Origin: Octopus sinensis
Lineage: Eukaryota
Length of the DNA: 64,000 bases
Reading direction: 5' to 3'
Assembly (NCBI RefSeq): GCF_006345805.1
Contig: NC_043004.1
Location: 13,516,001 to 13,580,000, forward strand
Of the stretch, positions 12,718 to 25,843 are shown piece by piece; position 1 is the stretch's first letter; each line of letters opens with the position of its first letter. Both the position numbers and the translations under genes were made by a program. The notes below the pieces were generated by a model, which was not told where the DNA came from, ran no database searches, and was given only the letters and a program-made list of their open reading frames with translations.

Positions 12718-13740
12718 TCCCTTGAAAGTATTAAATAATGAATATAGAAGTGATACATTTGTAAGATTATTCCAGAATACGCTATGTTCATTTTTTTCTA
12801 GCACTTGTTTGTCTCTGAAATCTTGTCTAAAAATTCTGTTATCATAATATGCATCAGGAAAAAATATCGAATACTACTTTTACCACTACGTCAAACGTGT
12901 TATTAAATCATAAACCTGAGAACTATGAACAGATTACTTCAAATTAATCTTACTTTTCGCTTTGTATATTATAAGAGAACAGACATTAAAATCATTGAAT
13001 CAACATTTCTCGAAGTGGACACTTGATGTAAAGAAGTGATATTTAATTTTCTGTGAGTTGGACTAAAAGCTGGGAAGATGAATAATATATTTATGAATGT
13101 TGTTCTACTTGTTACTGAGAGTCTTTTATAGTAATGTTTCGCTGATGTTGTTTAAATGTCTGTTATATCAATTTCAATTTAAATGAATGCAATCTTCATA
13201 TATTCGCAGCCATTTATCTTAAATTGAATTTTGCTTGTTGAAAAGAAGTTACATTGTAAACAATATTGAAATCAAACAATAAGATATTCCTTTGAATATT
13301 TTTTGTTGTTTTTTTTTTGTATGTTAGATGTTATAAGATTTATCGTTCGGCAAATATGTGTCACGTCATAGAAAAGATTATTTATGAATTTTGTAATGTA
13401 GAGAGCGAATTCAAGGAATGTGATCAGATTACAAGGAATTAATAAGTTCTTTTCCATTTGTCTACTTTATGGAAACTAGTTTAGAGTCACCAGATTTATA
13501 TACAAGATTAGAGAATACTCTACTGTACACCGCGTTTGCGTTACGGCTACCAGCAAATTTGTTTTATGACTATATCATCTGGAAAAATGCTGATCCGTTC
13601 CTTTCACATTGGGAAACACAGTGAAGCAAACTAGTTGCTGAGACACTCGTTTCAAGTTAAGCAAAGTTCCTGAATATTGATAGGTATACGAACTTACTTT
13701 TATTGAATTCTACAAATTTTTGAAATTTTTTTTATAAAAC

Positions 13741-14120
13741 TCTAGCAACTTGCTTTCCAACCACATGGTTCCGGGTTCAGTCCCACTGCGTGGCAACTTG
13801 GGCAAGTGTATTCTACTATAGCTTTGGACGACCAAAGCCTTGTGACTGGATTTGGTAGACGGAAACTGAAAGAAGCCCGTCGTATATAGGTATATATATA
13901 TATATATATGAGCTTGTGTGTCTGTGTTTGTACCCCAACATCGCTTGACAACCGATGCTGGTGTGTTTACGTCCCCGTAAATTGGCATTTCGGTAAAAGA
14001 GACCGATAGAATCTCTACTAGGCATACAAAGAATAAGTCCTGGGGTCGATTTCTTCGACTAAAAGCATTTAAGGCGGTGCTCCAGTATGGCTGCAGTTAA
14101 ATGACTGAAACAAATAAAAC
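13741..14120 (+). mobile_element. tRNA-derived SINE with internal (TA)n(TG)n ('C family'). Other copies: 32125-32258(-), 32731-33145(-), 34025-34392(-), 38480-38612(-), 38875-39035(+), 39310-39682(+), 43845-44275(+), 55350-55715(-), 56330-56560(+), 59815-60525(+, interrupted), 62265-62670(-)
   Basis: Recurrent blocks: ggttccgggttcagtcccactgcg, cttgggcaagtgtcttctactatagc, gacggaaactgaaagaagcccgtcg, gagaccgatagaataagtact, gcatggccgcagtcaaatgactgaaac. Confidence 0.9.
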
Positions 14121-14429
14121 AGTATATATGTGGTGCCCCAGCATGGCCGCGGCCTTCGGGCTAAAACACTTTTAAGGATTTTAAGGATATAAATACATAC
14201 ACACGCACACACACACACGCACACACACACGCACGCACACACATACACACACACACACACAAGATTAATCAGCCGAAATTGCTAAGATGATCTGGTTCTT
14301 GACTGATGACTGAGGGCTTCGAATGTCCCGTCCTGTGGTTCTTGTGTCGTCTCTGTGGTGTTTCATGTTCTTGTCCATGTCTGTAATTATTTTTACTGTT
14401 TACCTATATATATATATATATATATAAAT

Positions 14430-15822
14430 ATATCACAATCAAGGAACGGCCATAATAGGCCATTCACCCACTAGAAATAACAGCCAAAGCTTCAACCGCA
14501 AAATAACATTAATTCCGCAAACCAGGAAAAAATTAAAAAACATTTACCCTGTAATTTCTTATACGATGCACCGTTTCATCTACTGTTTAATGGTAAACTA
14601 ACCTGATTAAATTAAATCAAGCCAATCTTCCATAGGCCCTTAGATTCGTCAGTAAGAAATAGCCAGATCGGAACAGATATTTTCACGAGGCATTTCTGTC
14701 CCTGCCAAGGCAATATCTGACCTATAACTTTCAAATCATCGCACTCGCGCCAAATTTATCGGCAGCAAATAAATATAAGCCGCCGATTCCATTACGGAAT
14801 CAACCAGAAAATTCATAATTAATCAATATAGGGTGGCAAAAAAATTTTGTAGAATTTTTTTGCCACCAGCGGCCTAGTGGGAAAAAATTAAATAGTCATA
14901 GACCATTTATAAGTTCAACATCACAATCAAGGAACGGCCATAATAGGCCATTCACCCACTAGAAATAACAGCCAAAGCTTCAACCGCAAAATAACATTAA
15001 TTCCGCAAACCAGGAGAAAATTAAAAAACATTTACCCTGTAATTTCTTATACGATGCACCGTTTCATCTACTGTTTAATGGTAAACTAACCTGATTAAAT
15101 TAAATCAAGCCAATCTTCCATAGGCCCTTAGATTCGTCAGTAAGAAATAGCCAGATCGGAACAGATATTTTCACGAGGCATTTCTGTCCCTGCCTCGGCA
15201 ATATCTGACCTAAAATTTTCAAATCATCGCACTCGCGCCAAATTTATCGGCAGCAAATAAATATAAGCCGCCGATTCCATTACGGAATCAACCAGAAATT
15301 TCATAATTGTAGAATTTTTTTGCCACCAGCGGCCTAGTGGGAAAAAATTAAATAGTCATAGACCATTTATGGAATCGGCGGCTTATATTTATTTGCTGCC
15401 GATAAATTTGGCGCGAGTGCGATGATTTGAAAATTTTAGGTCAGATATTGCCGAGGCAGGGACAGAAATGCCTCGTGAAAATATCTGTTCCGATCTGGCT
15501 ATTTCTTACTGACGAATCTAAGGGCCTATGGAAGATTGGCTTGATTTAATTTAATCAGGTTAGTTTACCATTAAACAGTAGATGAAACGGTGCATCGTAT
15601 AAGAAATTACAGGGTAAATGTTTTTTAATTTTCTCCTGGTTTGCGGAATTAATGTTATTTTGCGGTTGAAGCTTTGGCTGTTATTTCTAGTGGGTGAATG
15701 GCCTATTATGGCCGTTCCTTGATTGTGATGTTGAACTTATAAATGGTCTATGACTATTTAATTTTTCCACTAGGCCGCTGGTGGCAAAAAATTCTACAAA
15801 ATTTTTTACCACCCTATATTGA

Positions 15823-15830
<8 letters not shown>
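14430..15830. repeat. 488-bp unit arranged as a head-to-tail partial tandem plus one inverted copy, flanked by (TA)n
   Basis: The ataatt junction recurs at 14815 and 15303. 15371-15830 is the reverse complement of most of the unit. Confidence 0.95.
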
Positions 15831-15907
<77 letters not shown>

Positions 15908-16032
15908 GAGATACGTATATACATACACATATAAAATTAATAATATCAGCGTAATAAAGATTTTAGAAATGTTTACTACCAGTGGCCAAGCGTATGAAAA
16001 AATGAGCCAATAGACATTTTATTATTTATATA

Positions 16033-16343
16033 AAATACAGTGTACATTTAAACGCATTAAGAGGTATCCCTCATAGGACTCCCTTACGCTAGAAGGAACA
16101 GCTAAAGTCCAAACCACTAATTAGGGATAAATTCTCGAAGGTAATGAAAAATAAAAAACATTTACCATCTAATTCCCTGGACTATGTCAGAAATCATGGT
16201 CCAGGAAATAAATGGTAAATGTTTTTATTTTTCATTCTCTTCGAGAATCTATCCCTAATTGTTTGGACTTTAGCTGTTCCTTCTAGCGTAAGGGAGTTCT
16301 ATGCGGGTTTACCTCTTAATGTGTTTAATTGTACACTGTATTT
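16033..16343. mobile_element. Near-perfect 310-bp palindromic (foldback) element
   Basis: Arms of about 150 bp from aaatacagtgtac to gtacactgtattt around a small loop near 16185-16195. Ends are TA-CAGTG/CACTG-TA. Confidence 0.9.
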
Positions 16344-16361
16344 CATACATACATGCATACA

Positions 16362-16462
<101 letters not shown>

Positions 16463-17187
16463 ATCTATGTATTATGTCTGTGCGCATCTATGCATGTGTT
16501 ATACTGTAGCGTAGTAGAGTATGTTATTCAAATGTTAATACATAGTTGGTGACCTACAGTTTTATAAGGATTTATTATAGGATATTAGAAAACGTTTGTA
16601 TGATTTTGCATTAATAAATATGTTCTGAAATTAATCTCACTTTGGTCAATTATGCTTTTATACTTCCCACTTGATAATACATTTTCTTTATATTGGAATC
16701 GATTCAATTCACTCCATCGATTCCAGAACAAATGTACTTTGCCCTGAGGAAAGAAATAATTATTTTATAACAATTATTCATTAGTGCAACGAAACATTTG
16801 AGTGTGAAATATCTTTTAATTTATGATTCTGTAGTCATTTGAATAAAGGACGTATATATGTCTGAGTATACCTCCATAGAGATCTCTGTATGAGTTACTG
16901 CTTTTGTAACATGATATTTTCTTGTTATTTAACCCTTGGTCGGATATCATTACAAATTAAAATAAACAAAGCCGTTCCATTCTGGTTTCGTCTTGGGTAT
17001 ATAATGTGCTTTTTAGTTTTTTTCGTTTCAATAGAGTAGGGTGAGGAGACTTGGTTATTATTTCTTAGAGGCTAACCGGTCGTTGGATCATATTACTGAA
17101 GAGTATTTTGCATTCTGGTAGTTGATACAGAATCTAGAACAGCATTTTAATGGATTAAACCTATAGATCTAATATATAGTCTGATTT

Positions 17188-17297
<110 letters not shown>

Positions 17298-17434
17298 ATA
17301 TATTTCTATCTATCTATTCCTATATCTATCTCTGGAGATTCTCTTCACATTCGAAACAAATCACTCAATATATAGTCTGATTTCTCTCTCTCCCCTCTCT
17401 CTCTCTCTCTCCCTATATATATATATATATATAT

Positions 17435-17735
17435 GTTTTCTTTTCTCATTGTGTTTAACGCTTTTTTTATGTCCTGTACCCATTTGTGCATGTATATATG
17501 CATATATATGTAGGTATGTACATATATGTATATATGCATTTATTTATATACTATTTATATTATTATATGATCGAACACCACGCATCCTTTTCCAAGTAAG
17601 TTTTATCTTAATAATTACGATGCGCACTCTTCTATCTCTACTATCTCTTCTCTGTCTATCTCTCTCTCTCTCTTGTTCTTCATCCTTTCTGTTTTTCTCT
17701 CCCACCCTTCCCTATTCTTCTCCTCTCCTCTTCAC

Positions 17736-17769
<34 letters not shown>

Positions 17770-18320
17770 ATTCCTCCTTCACTCTTTTGTCGCTAACACT
17801 TGACGAAAGGGAATCTATCTTTCTGTCCATTTCTTTCCTAAAGACAAGACATGCTATTACCTGTCTATTCTCATAGCTCGTCCTCCTTGCGTTCATAATA
17901 ATTTTTCTATCGTCTTGGCTCAACAGCCCTCAGCGTTTGTTTTTACTGTCTTGTTCTCACTGTCCTGTTCTTGTTACCACTTTGACCCTCCGCAAAAAAT
18001 CCCAAATTTTATTTAATTTGCTTTGCGGGAAGGACTGTTTCAACGAAATCGCGTATTGTCCTTAACTTCGTAAACGCGGAGTAGATGAAACAGGGACAAC
18101 TGATGAAGGGGAATATTTTTATGTTGCCTGTCTCGTTTCTCTGTTTGTTTGGTTTTTTTTTCGTTGTTCGAAAAAACTTCGTTTTCTATGTTTTTGTTTT
18201 CATGTATTCGTTTCTCATTGTGTTTAACGTTTCTTTTTTATTCCTGCACCCATATATGCATGTATATATACATATATATATATATATACGTAGGTATGTA
18301 CATATATGTATGTAAATATG
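17435..18320 (+). repeat. Segment bounded by direct repeats of about 110 bp (17435-17545 and 18205-18320), possible PLE-type remnant
   Basis: Both repeats contain tttctcattgtgtttaacg...cct(g)tacccat...gtaggtatgtacatatatgta. Confidence 0.65.
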
Positions 18321-18675
18321 CATATATATATATATATATATATATATAAGCAAAACATTCAAACACTGAGATTTGAAATCAGATGTCACTACTGTTCATA
18401 TCATCTGTGGATGAATGAATTTTAAAATTGATGAAATCACTAGCAGTAACATAGGTGGATCGCAGGTGCAATAGCATTATATAGCTATGAATTATGAATT
18501 TGCGCGATGTGTAATGATGCTTAACAAGCATCTACCTGCTAGAAATAAGAGCTAAAATCTTAAATTAATCCACCGTACCGCACCAAGATAACAGAGAAAA
18601 ACAGTATGCGAGGAAACCAGAAAGAATTAAAACATTTAACTGCAAAAAACAAAAATATTGTGCAATTAGGGATAT

Positions 18676-18730
18676 CCACAAACTAGTATTCGGCTTTTGG
18701 GTATTTAAACCCTGAGCCTCATCAGTGTGG
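18676..18730 (-). ncRNA. Minimal type I hammerhead motif with one extra core nucleotide
   Basis: Minus strand: CCACA-CUGAUGA-GGCU(cagggtttaaatacccaaa)AGCC-GAA[U]ACUAGU-U-UGUGG. Confidence 0.65.
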
Positions 18731-19142
18731 CCTACCGAGTAATAATTCATAACCATCACGTTAAACCCTGACAGTGCAACTGGTTTTGTTTTGCGCCGAA
18801 AACAGAGCACATGGTGCATAAAAATTTATAAGCAAAACATTCAAACACTGTGATTTGAAATCAGATGTTACTACTGTTCATATCATCTGTGGATAAATTT
18901 TAAAATTGATGATATATAAAGTCTGCCCCGTTGGCATTTGAAATGGAAACGCAGAAATCTATAAGACATACCTACAATACATTTTAATGTGACCTGTACT
19001 GTTACGTAGTGGTCATTATCACAGTATTGTAAAATGACAGTATTGAATGATAGAACTAGAGAAGATTAGTTACACTATTGATTAATCGTGGTTGTTGTTG
19101 TGGTGATGGTTGTCGTTGCCAATCGGCAAAAACAAGCTTAAT

Positions 19143-19362
19143 AATTCTTTTCTACTCTAGGTACAAGGCCCGAAACTTTGGGGAAGGGGGGGTAGTCGAT
19201 TAGATCGACTCCAATATACAACTGGTACTTAATTTAGCGACCCTGAATGGATGAAAAGCAAAGTCGACCTCGGCGGAATTTGAACTCAGAACGTAACGGC
19301 AGACAAAAAAATCGTTTAACATTTCGCCCGGCGTGCTAACGCTTCTGCCAGCTCGTCGCCTT
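19143..19362 (-). mobile_element. tRNA-derived SINE, 'A-tail' form, full length
   Basis: Same head and body as the B form, but the tail is ...ccccaaagtttcgggccttgtacctagagtagaaaagaat. Confidence 0.9.
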
Positions 19363-20915
19363 AAAATAAGCACAATAATGAGTGTAAAATTATTAACTTA
19401 AATGTCTTGTGAAAAGAATTCTAAACATCTGCTCAGATCAATATTTTTGAGTTGTAAATATTCCAGTGTCTTATATAATATATTATTTGGAAATGGTTAA
19501 TAAGATATACATGAAAATACAATGAACTATACGACTTTAAAGTATTCAGTTTCGTTTGTTTACGTAATGAGTTCAAATCCCACTGGGGGTTCATTTTTAT
19601 GTTTTCCCTCTGGGATCCGGTGCTGGGATTGATTTAAATGACTACGCCTCTGTCTGAAAAACAAAGACACAAATTTATGGCGCCTATGAAATACATCATT
19701 GCTTTTAAGACCGTTAAGAGGTAGGATATGTAAAGCAGCGGAATAAACATGTTTCACTATATAACTACGATATATCTACTGTTCTAGTTCAAATCGAACC
19801 GGTTTCGATTTTACGCTTGCACTTGTTTCACATCCACTAGTCCTATGAATTTGTCGTCTTTTTCTAATGTAAAATATTATTATATTATTATTATAAGAAG
19901 TATATGTTTGATTATAGACTCGGAAACAAGACGTGCAAGCGCATACCCTTAAATTTTGGCGTTGGAGAGGACAATGAAAATGTTTTGAAAAGCGTTTCTG
20001 AAAAATTGGGTTTGCTCACACTCCCAACCAAATTGCGTTCCTGCGTTTACGTATATGATGTGGCTTAAATGATATTATCGCAGAGGATAGGACTCCATCC
20101 ATTCAATCCCTCTAAAATCGGTAAAGCAATAAGGCTGCCAGTGAACAACATGGTTTGTTACAGATGAATCTATAACCAAGTGCTACATATCTCCTCTCAA
20201 TGTATGGCTCAACGTTGGCTTCTCTGCAAGAGACTCTTATGACTAGAACGAATATTTGTATATTTATTCTTAAACGTTCAGGCAGGTCCAGAGGCAAAAT
20301 ATGCTGGGCGCTGTAGTGTTTGTCTTAGGAGAATAACTACTTCCCATTACGATAATAGTGTGTTCAACATATCCGTTTCATTAGCACACGACACTCTGAG
20401 ACACTGGTGTTTCAACATGTAACATGTAAGAAGTAACCGGCTCTTATAACCTATTAAATTTGCTTATTTTAAATTTTACTCAATTTTCACACAATCATTG
20501 CCCAGTTTACCAGGTGAGAGTAACTGTTTTATCACTGAATATATACATATTGAGCTTTAATCTGCTTCTCTATACATAGTCCACCACAACCGTTCTTTGG
20601 GCCGCTGCCCTTGAAGGGAATTTACATTTAATGCTATTGATAATGTCTTGTTTGGATATTGCTGGTATTTACTTTAGTTGGTTCCATATAACATTTGACC
20701 AAAAGACATTTGCAAGTTTGGTCGAGGCCGAAATGGAGAATATATAATCCCAGGTATATATCTATTTAGGACTACAGTAGGCCATGTGCAATATTTTTGT
20801 TTTAGATGGTAAGGAGCAATTTGAGTCAAATTTGGCTGGGGTTTTTTATATGAAGGAGGAAGCGACTACGTAGGGGTTCCCACAAAGTTGGCATAACAAT
20901 ATTGATTCTATTTCT

Positions 20916-21507
20916 AAGGCGGCGAGCTCGCAGGGCGAGCTGGTAGAGGCGTTAGCACGCCGGGCGAAATGCATAGACGTATTTCATCTGCAGTTACGTT
21001 CTGAGTTCAAATTCCGCCGAGGTCGACTTCGCCTTTCATCCTTTCGAGCTCGGTAAATTAAGTACCAGTTACTCACTGGGGTTGACGTAATCGACTTAAT
21101 CCGTTCGTCTCTCCTTGTTTGTCCTCTCTTTGTTTAGCCCCTTGTGGGTAGTAAAGAAATAGGTATTTCGTCTGCCGCTACGTTCTGAGTTCCCGTTCCG
21201 CCGAGATCGACTTTGCCTTTCATCCTTTCGGGGTCGATTAAATAAGTACCAGTTACGCACTAGGATCGATATAATCGACTTAATCCTTTTGTCCGTCCTT
21301 GTTTGTCATCTCTGTGTTTAGCCCCTTGTGGGTAGTAAAGAAATAGGTATTTCGTCTGTCTTTACGATCTGAGTTCAAATTCCACCAAGGTCGACATTGC
21401 CTTCATCCTTTCGGGGTAGATAAATTATGTACCAGTTGCGTACTGGAATTGATCTAATCGACTGACCTTCCGCAGAAGTTTTGGGCCTTGTGCCTAGGGT
21501 AGAAAAG
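20916..21507 (+). mobile_element. Composite SINE array head+B+B+A with 18-bp TSD
   Basis: Junctions aagaaata|ggtat at 21161/21162 and 21345/21346 (184-bp period). TSD aatattgattctatttct at 20898-20915 and 21508-21525. Confidence 0.9.
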
Positions 21508-22833
21508 AATATTGATTCTATTTCTGCTGCTGTTGCTGTAGTTGTTGCTAATGTCTTCTTCTTCTTCTTCTCTTCTTCTTCTTCTTCTTCTTCTTCTTCT
21601 TCTTCTTCTTCTTCTTCTTCTTCTTCTTTTTCTTCTTCTTCCAATCAAGACTCACGCCATTTGCCACAAAGAATAATCTCCAATTCGAGCCTACTCTAAG
21701 CTACTAAGAATGCGTGTGGCAACTTGAAGATCCACCCACCACACGCGATAGACTGCCGGTTGCTCGGGCGCGAAAGCTACGTTGTTATCCTCATTCCGTA
21801 AACGGTGGATTTTAACGGGTGGAGAGCTGAACCATCCTGGGGTACAGAGGATTCGCAATCTAGACTAGGGTCTGAAAGTTTACCACACCATAGTGGGTTA
21901 CACCATGGTTCCTCTGCTTTGTGGCAGACGTAGGAAAAAAGAGTGGGGGAAAGTTGTGGTGAAGGAGTACAGCAGGGTTCACCCCACTTCCTTCGCCGGA
22001 ACCTCGTAGAGCTTAGGTGTATTTGCTCAATAAACACTCACAATGCCCGGTCTGGGAATGGAAACCGGGTTGTTTACCATGCTAGTTGTTTACCATTCTG
22101 CTATGAATATATTTAAGAGAGCATGTAATTTGTTTCTACTCTCTCAACGAGTACAAATACTTCTGAAGCAGTAGGAATACAAATACGGGATTGATCAAAG
22201 AGGAATATGTGCGTGTAATTATATAAATTAATTATATCAGTTACTATATTAGAACCGCATTAATTATATCAGCTGCGATATATAAGCATAAACCAATAAG
22301 AGGATTGACAACAAGATGAATAAAGTCGTCATTATCAGCGGGAACCTGGCGCTAAATGCTTTTAAACAGTATTAGATGTTATTTCATCAAATCCAGAGAA
22401 TCGCAATATCCTTGCCAAAATTTGGAATGCAAAAATCATATTTTTGAAGTTCGACACTAGAGATAATCTTATCAAAATCATTGACGCTTCCCAACTCAAA
22501 TCACGCATTCGATCTGAATGAGTTTATAACGATTTAACTTAATCCTTGGATATCTATTAGCGAGATTGAAAACCAGTGGGAATTTAGATCATAGTCACGA
22601 AGCCCGATTTAGTTAATTGAAACATCTAATCTTGTTATGTATGATCTACAATCATTTCAACAATATGCGAACCGATGACGAAACTTCTACGAGGTTGCCT
22701 CTACTTATTCTAACTAAAAGAAATAACAAATCTGTCTCAGGTGACATTATATCTTATCCTATAACAAGGAAATATTAGATAACAGAGTCCAGTACATATA
22801 CATATCTCTCTTTCTCTCTCTCTCTCTTTCAAT

Positions 22834-22892
<59 letters not shown>

Positions 22893-25806
22893 CACACTTA
22901 CACACACAAACACAAACACACGAACACACACGACATTCATATTACGATTCTATAAAGATTACTTATTCCTTTCTATGTCCAAACATATATTATTATGTCG
23001 ATACGGAAATAATGTACAGAAATCAATATCACTGGATTCTTATCGTTGCATCGAAGATTAATAACATTTTGAAAATCCTGCAAGTCATATCCTTAGATTT
23101 CAATTGCTGTTTGTGTAAGCGTTGTTGTTTAGCACTAGGCAGGACTTATAGTAGCAAGTAATTCCTGTGTGAATGTCTGTTATATTAGTGTTATCTAGGG
23201 CTTCACTAGGCAATGTGTCCTTTCCTTAAGGCAGGACGTGATACGATAGAAGCTTGACCGCTGTTTGTTACTGCTTAACACCAGTTTAGTACCGATTGAT
23301 TTAAAGGCAGTTTTAGGGTATGCAAACCAAAATGGTGTCCTTCCTTTCTTTAAAACCCAATCGAGCTAGAATGAGCTGCTATTTTCAGAAGGGTAAAAAG
23401 CATAAAAGTGATAATGGACGGGGTTAAAATGAAGTTGTTGCTTAACTCTCCCACCAATAAATCTAGTTCAATATTTTGTTCCCTTTCTCCTTCAAACGTA
23501 TCTGCTCTTTTCTTTTTTGCTCTCAAAACTACTCGAATTACAAGCAACCCCTTCACCACATCTGTGCGTACATCGCGAAAGAATATCTTGTTTTACTTTT
23601 GATTGAAGTTATTGTCCTCGTTAACTTCAGCACACACAGCTCCTCGTTCACATTCATAACATACCGATTCTGCAAATCTAGACAGTAAAACACGCCCAGT
23701 TCTGAATTTCCTACATCAATATTTTCCATCATCTACATGCAACTGAGACTAACACCTTCATATCCGTCTCACAAAAATTTCTCAAAAGTCTTCCCCACCA
23801 AATCACAATTCTCGCTGCTTCATTCAATCTACCCCCTTCACCTACACCCAATGTTCACATCCTATTCTCACAGCCGACTAGTCGGATCTCAGCTTTATTA
23901 TAATCCAAACTGGTATCCGGAATGAACATGCATTTCACCCCTGACCCATTAGAAAAACTTGGGCCGGTTCCTCAAGCTATTCTCTTTGGCATATCTCTGT
24001 CCATCCCGCAATAACAAAATCCCAATGTGCCATATATTCTATTGTAAAAGAGGTAACCATTGACATAACGGTCAATCTTTCGAGCCCGAGCGGCGTCCGT
24101 GTTATGTTCATGAGACTAGATTCACAACTTTCTTTCCTTCACACCACATTAAAATGACCACATTAAAATGACCGGTGTTTTCCTAACTGGCATGGAAAAG
24201 AGTCTCTGGCACTCTGGTAAATCTGAATTAGAATCTATCGCTACTGTAACTAAAGATATAGTAAAACTCACGAATGATCAGTTATTGATACCATTACAAG
24301 CCGCTTTATAACATTTTCTTTACTGGGATTTACCAAACCACTTGCACGTAAGATTTAAGAAATGAGGCCGCTTTGCAGAAGCCTACAGCTTGGCTTCCTG
24401 CACTCTGAGTTTATATCATATCGAGGTTCAATTTACATTTTTGTCGTTTACAAATCGAGAAATAAAATACCATGCTATACTGGTGTATAGGCGAACTTGT
24501 TACAGCGTTTGATGAGATGACTGGTCGTATCTAATCTGCCTTCTACCAGTGGCCGACTTTAGAAAGGTCCCTTCGTGACCCGGATAACAATGATAGACAC
24601 TTAGTGTCAGACTGAATTATTTGTTGAAGTGATTAATATTGCACTGGCAGCCATAATCACGAACTGAACAGAATAAACGTCAGGACAGAGAACAAATAAA
24701 ATAAAGAAGCGTGTGTCTTAAAAGACACACAGTACAAATCATTAGTACTTTTGGTTTTGGTATTGCATGTGGCCAAGGCATCATATCACGCTTTGGGATG
24801 ACTCTCTCCAGTTAAATATTTACAATTTACTTGTAATTGCGACGGTATTCACTCAGGGTGAGTTGAGCTAGCCGTAATCAACGAGTTCATCTCATTCAAC
24901 GGCCGATCGTAGTCGAAGCGGTTCAGGCAGGTAAAGTAATGCCCAAAATGCCGTTCCCTGATCTGATCCCTGGGCACATGTATGCACATTTTGGCATTGT
25001 GTGATTTGTAACAGCTCCTTTTGCCGTCAAGTGACGACTGTCGCCGAGGATTCGCTGATCAATTATCCACCGTTTATCGGAGCAGACGTAGTGTGGATTT
25101 GAAGCGGGTTCTAGAGACATGTTTTTAAAAAGCTAAGTCTTCAAGTATGGCGGACTCTACCGTGGAACCTCTGGGGGCCCGTGTTATTACTAGATGGTCG
25201 TTGGAACTACACCAGCAACATACTGGAGAGACAGAAGACATGGCATGTCTTATATTGAAATTAGAAATCAATATCTAAGAAGCAGTAATAGATATGTTCT
25301 TCTTTGTGATCCAGATATTCTGAAACAAGACGAAAAACAAATTTAGCAACTGTAGATCGTCTGAGAAATGTTTTACACTTGGAAATTAAAAAGAAAAGAA
25401 AAACGTATACCCTGAAGGAATTTCCTCTTTTAGTACTGCTATATATCTTTCATCTCACGAAAACGCCAGCAGCGTACAACAAAAACGGCAACAACAACAT
25501 GAACAAGAACAAGAATAAACAGATAACAGCGGCACATAACAACAACAAAAACAACAGCAGCAACAACAGGAATAAAGCAATAAAAGAAGAAATGTAACGC
25601 CATCAACAAGAGCAATAACAACAGCAATAAGTACGAAGCTTCCTCTTATCAAATGGCGAACTGAAGAGATTGGGAAAAAAATTAGTTGTGTATTTTATGT
25701 GTTTGTGTATATATCTGCATATGTGTATGTGTGTCTTTCTTTGCATGTTGCTGTGTATGACAGCGCGCGCGCGCCTGTGTGTGTGTGTGAGTGTGTATGT
25801 ATATGT

Positions 25807-25843
<37 letters not shown>

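Noticed and set aside
23340-24480. Possible old LINE coding region; also 60560-61080
   Set aside because: Composition is non-repetitive, but no RT or endonuclease motifs are identifiable and all frames are interrupted.
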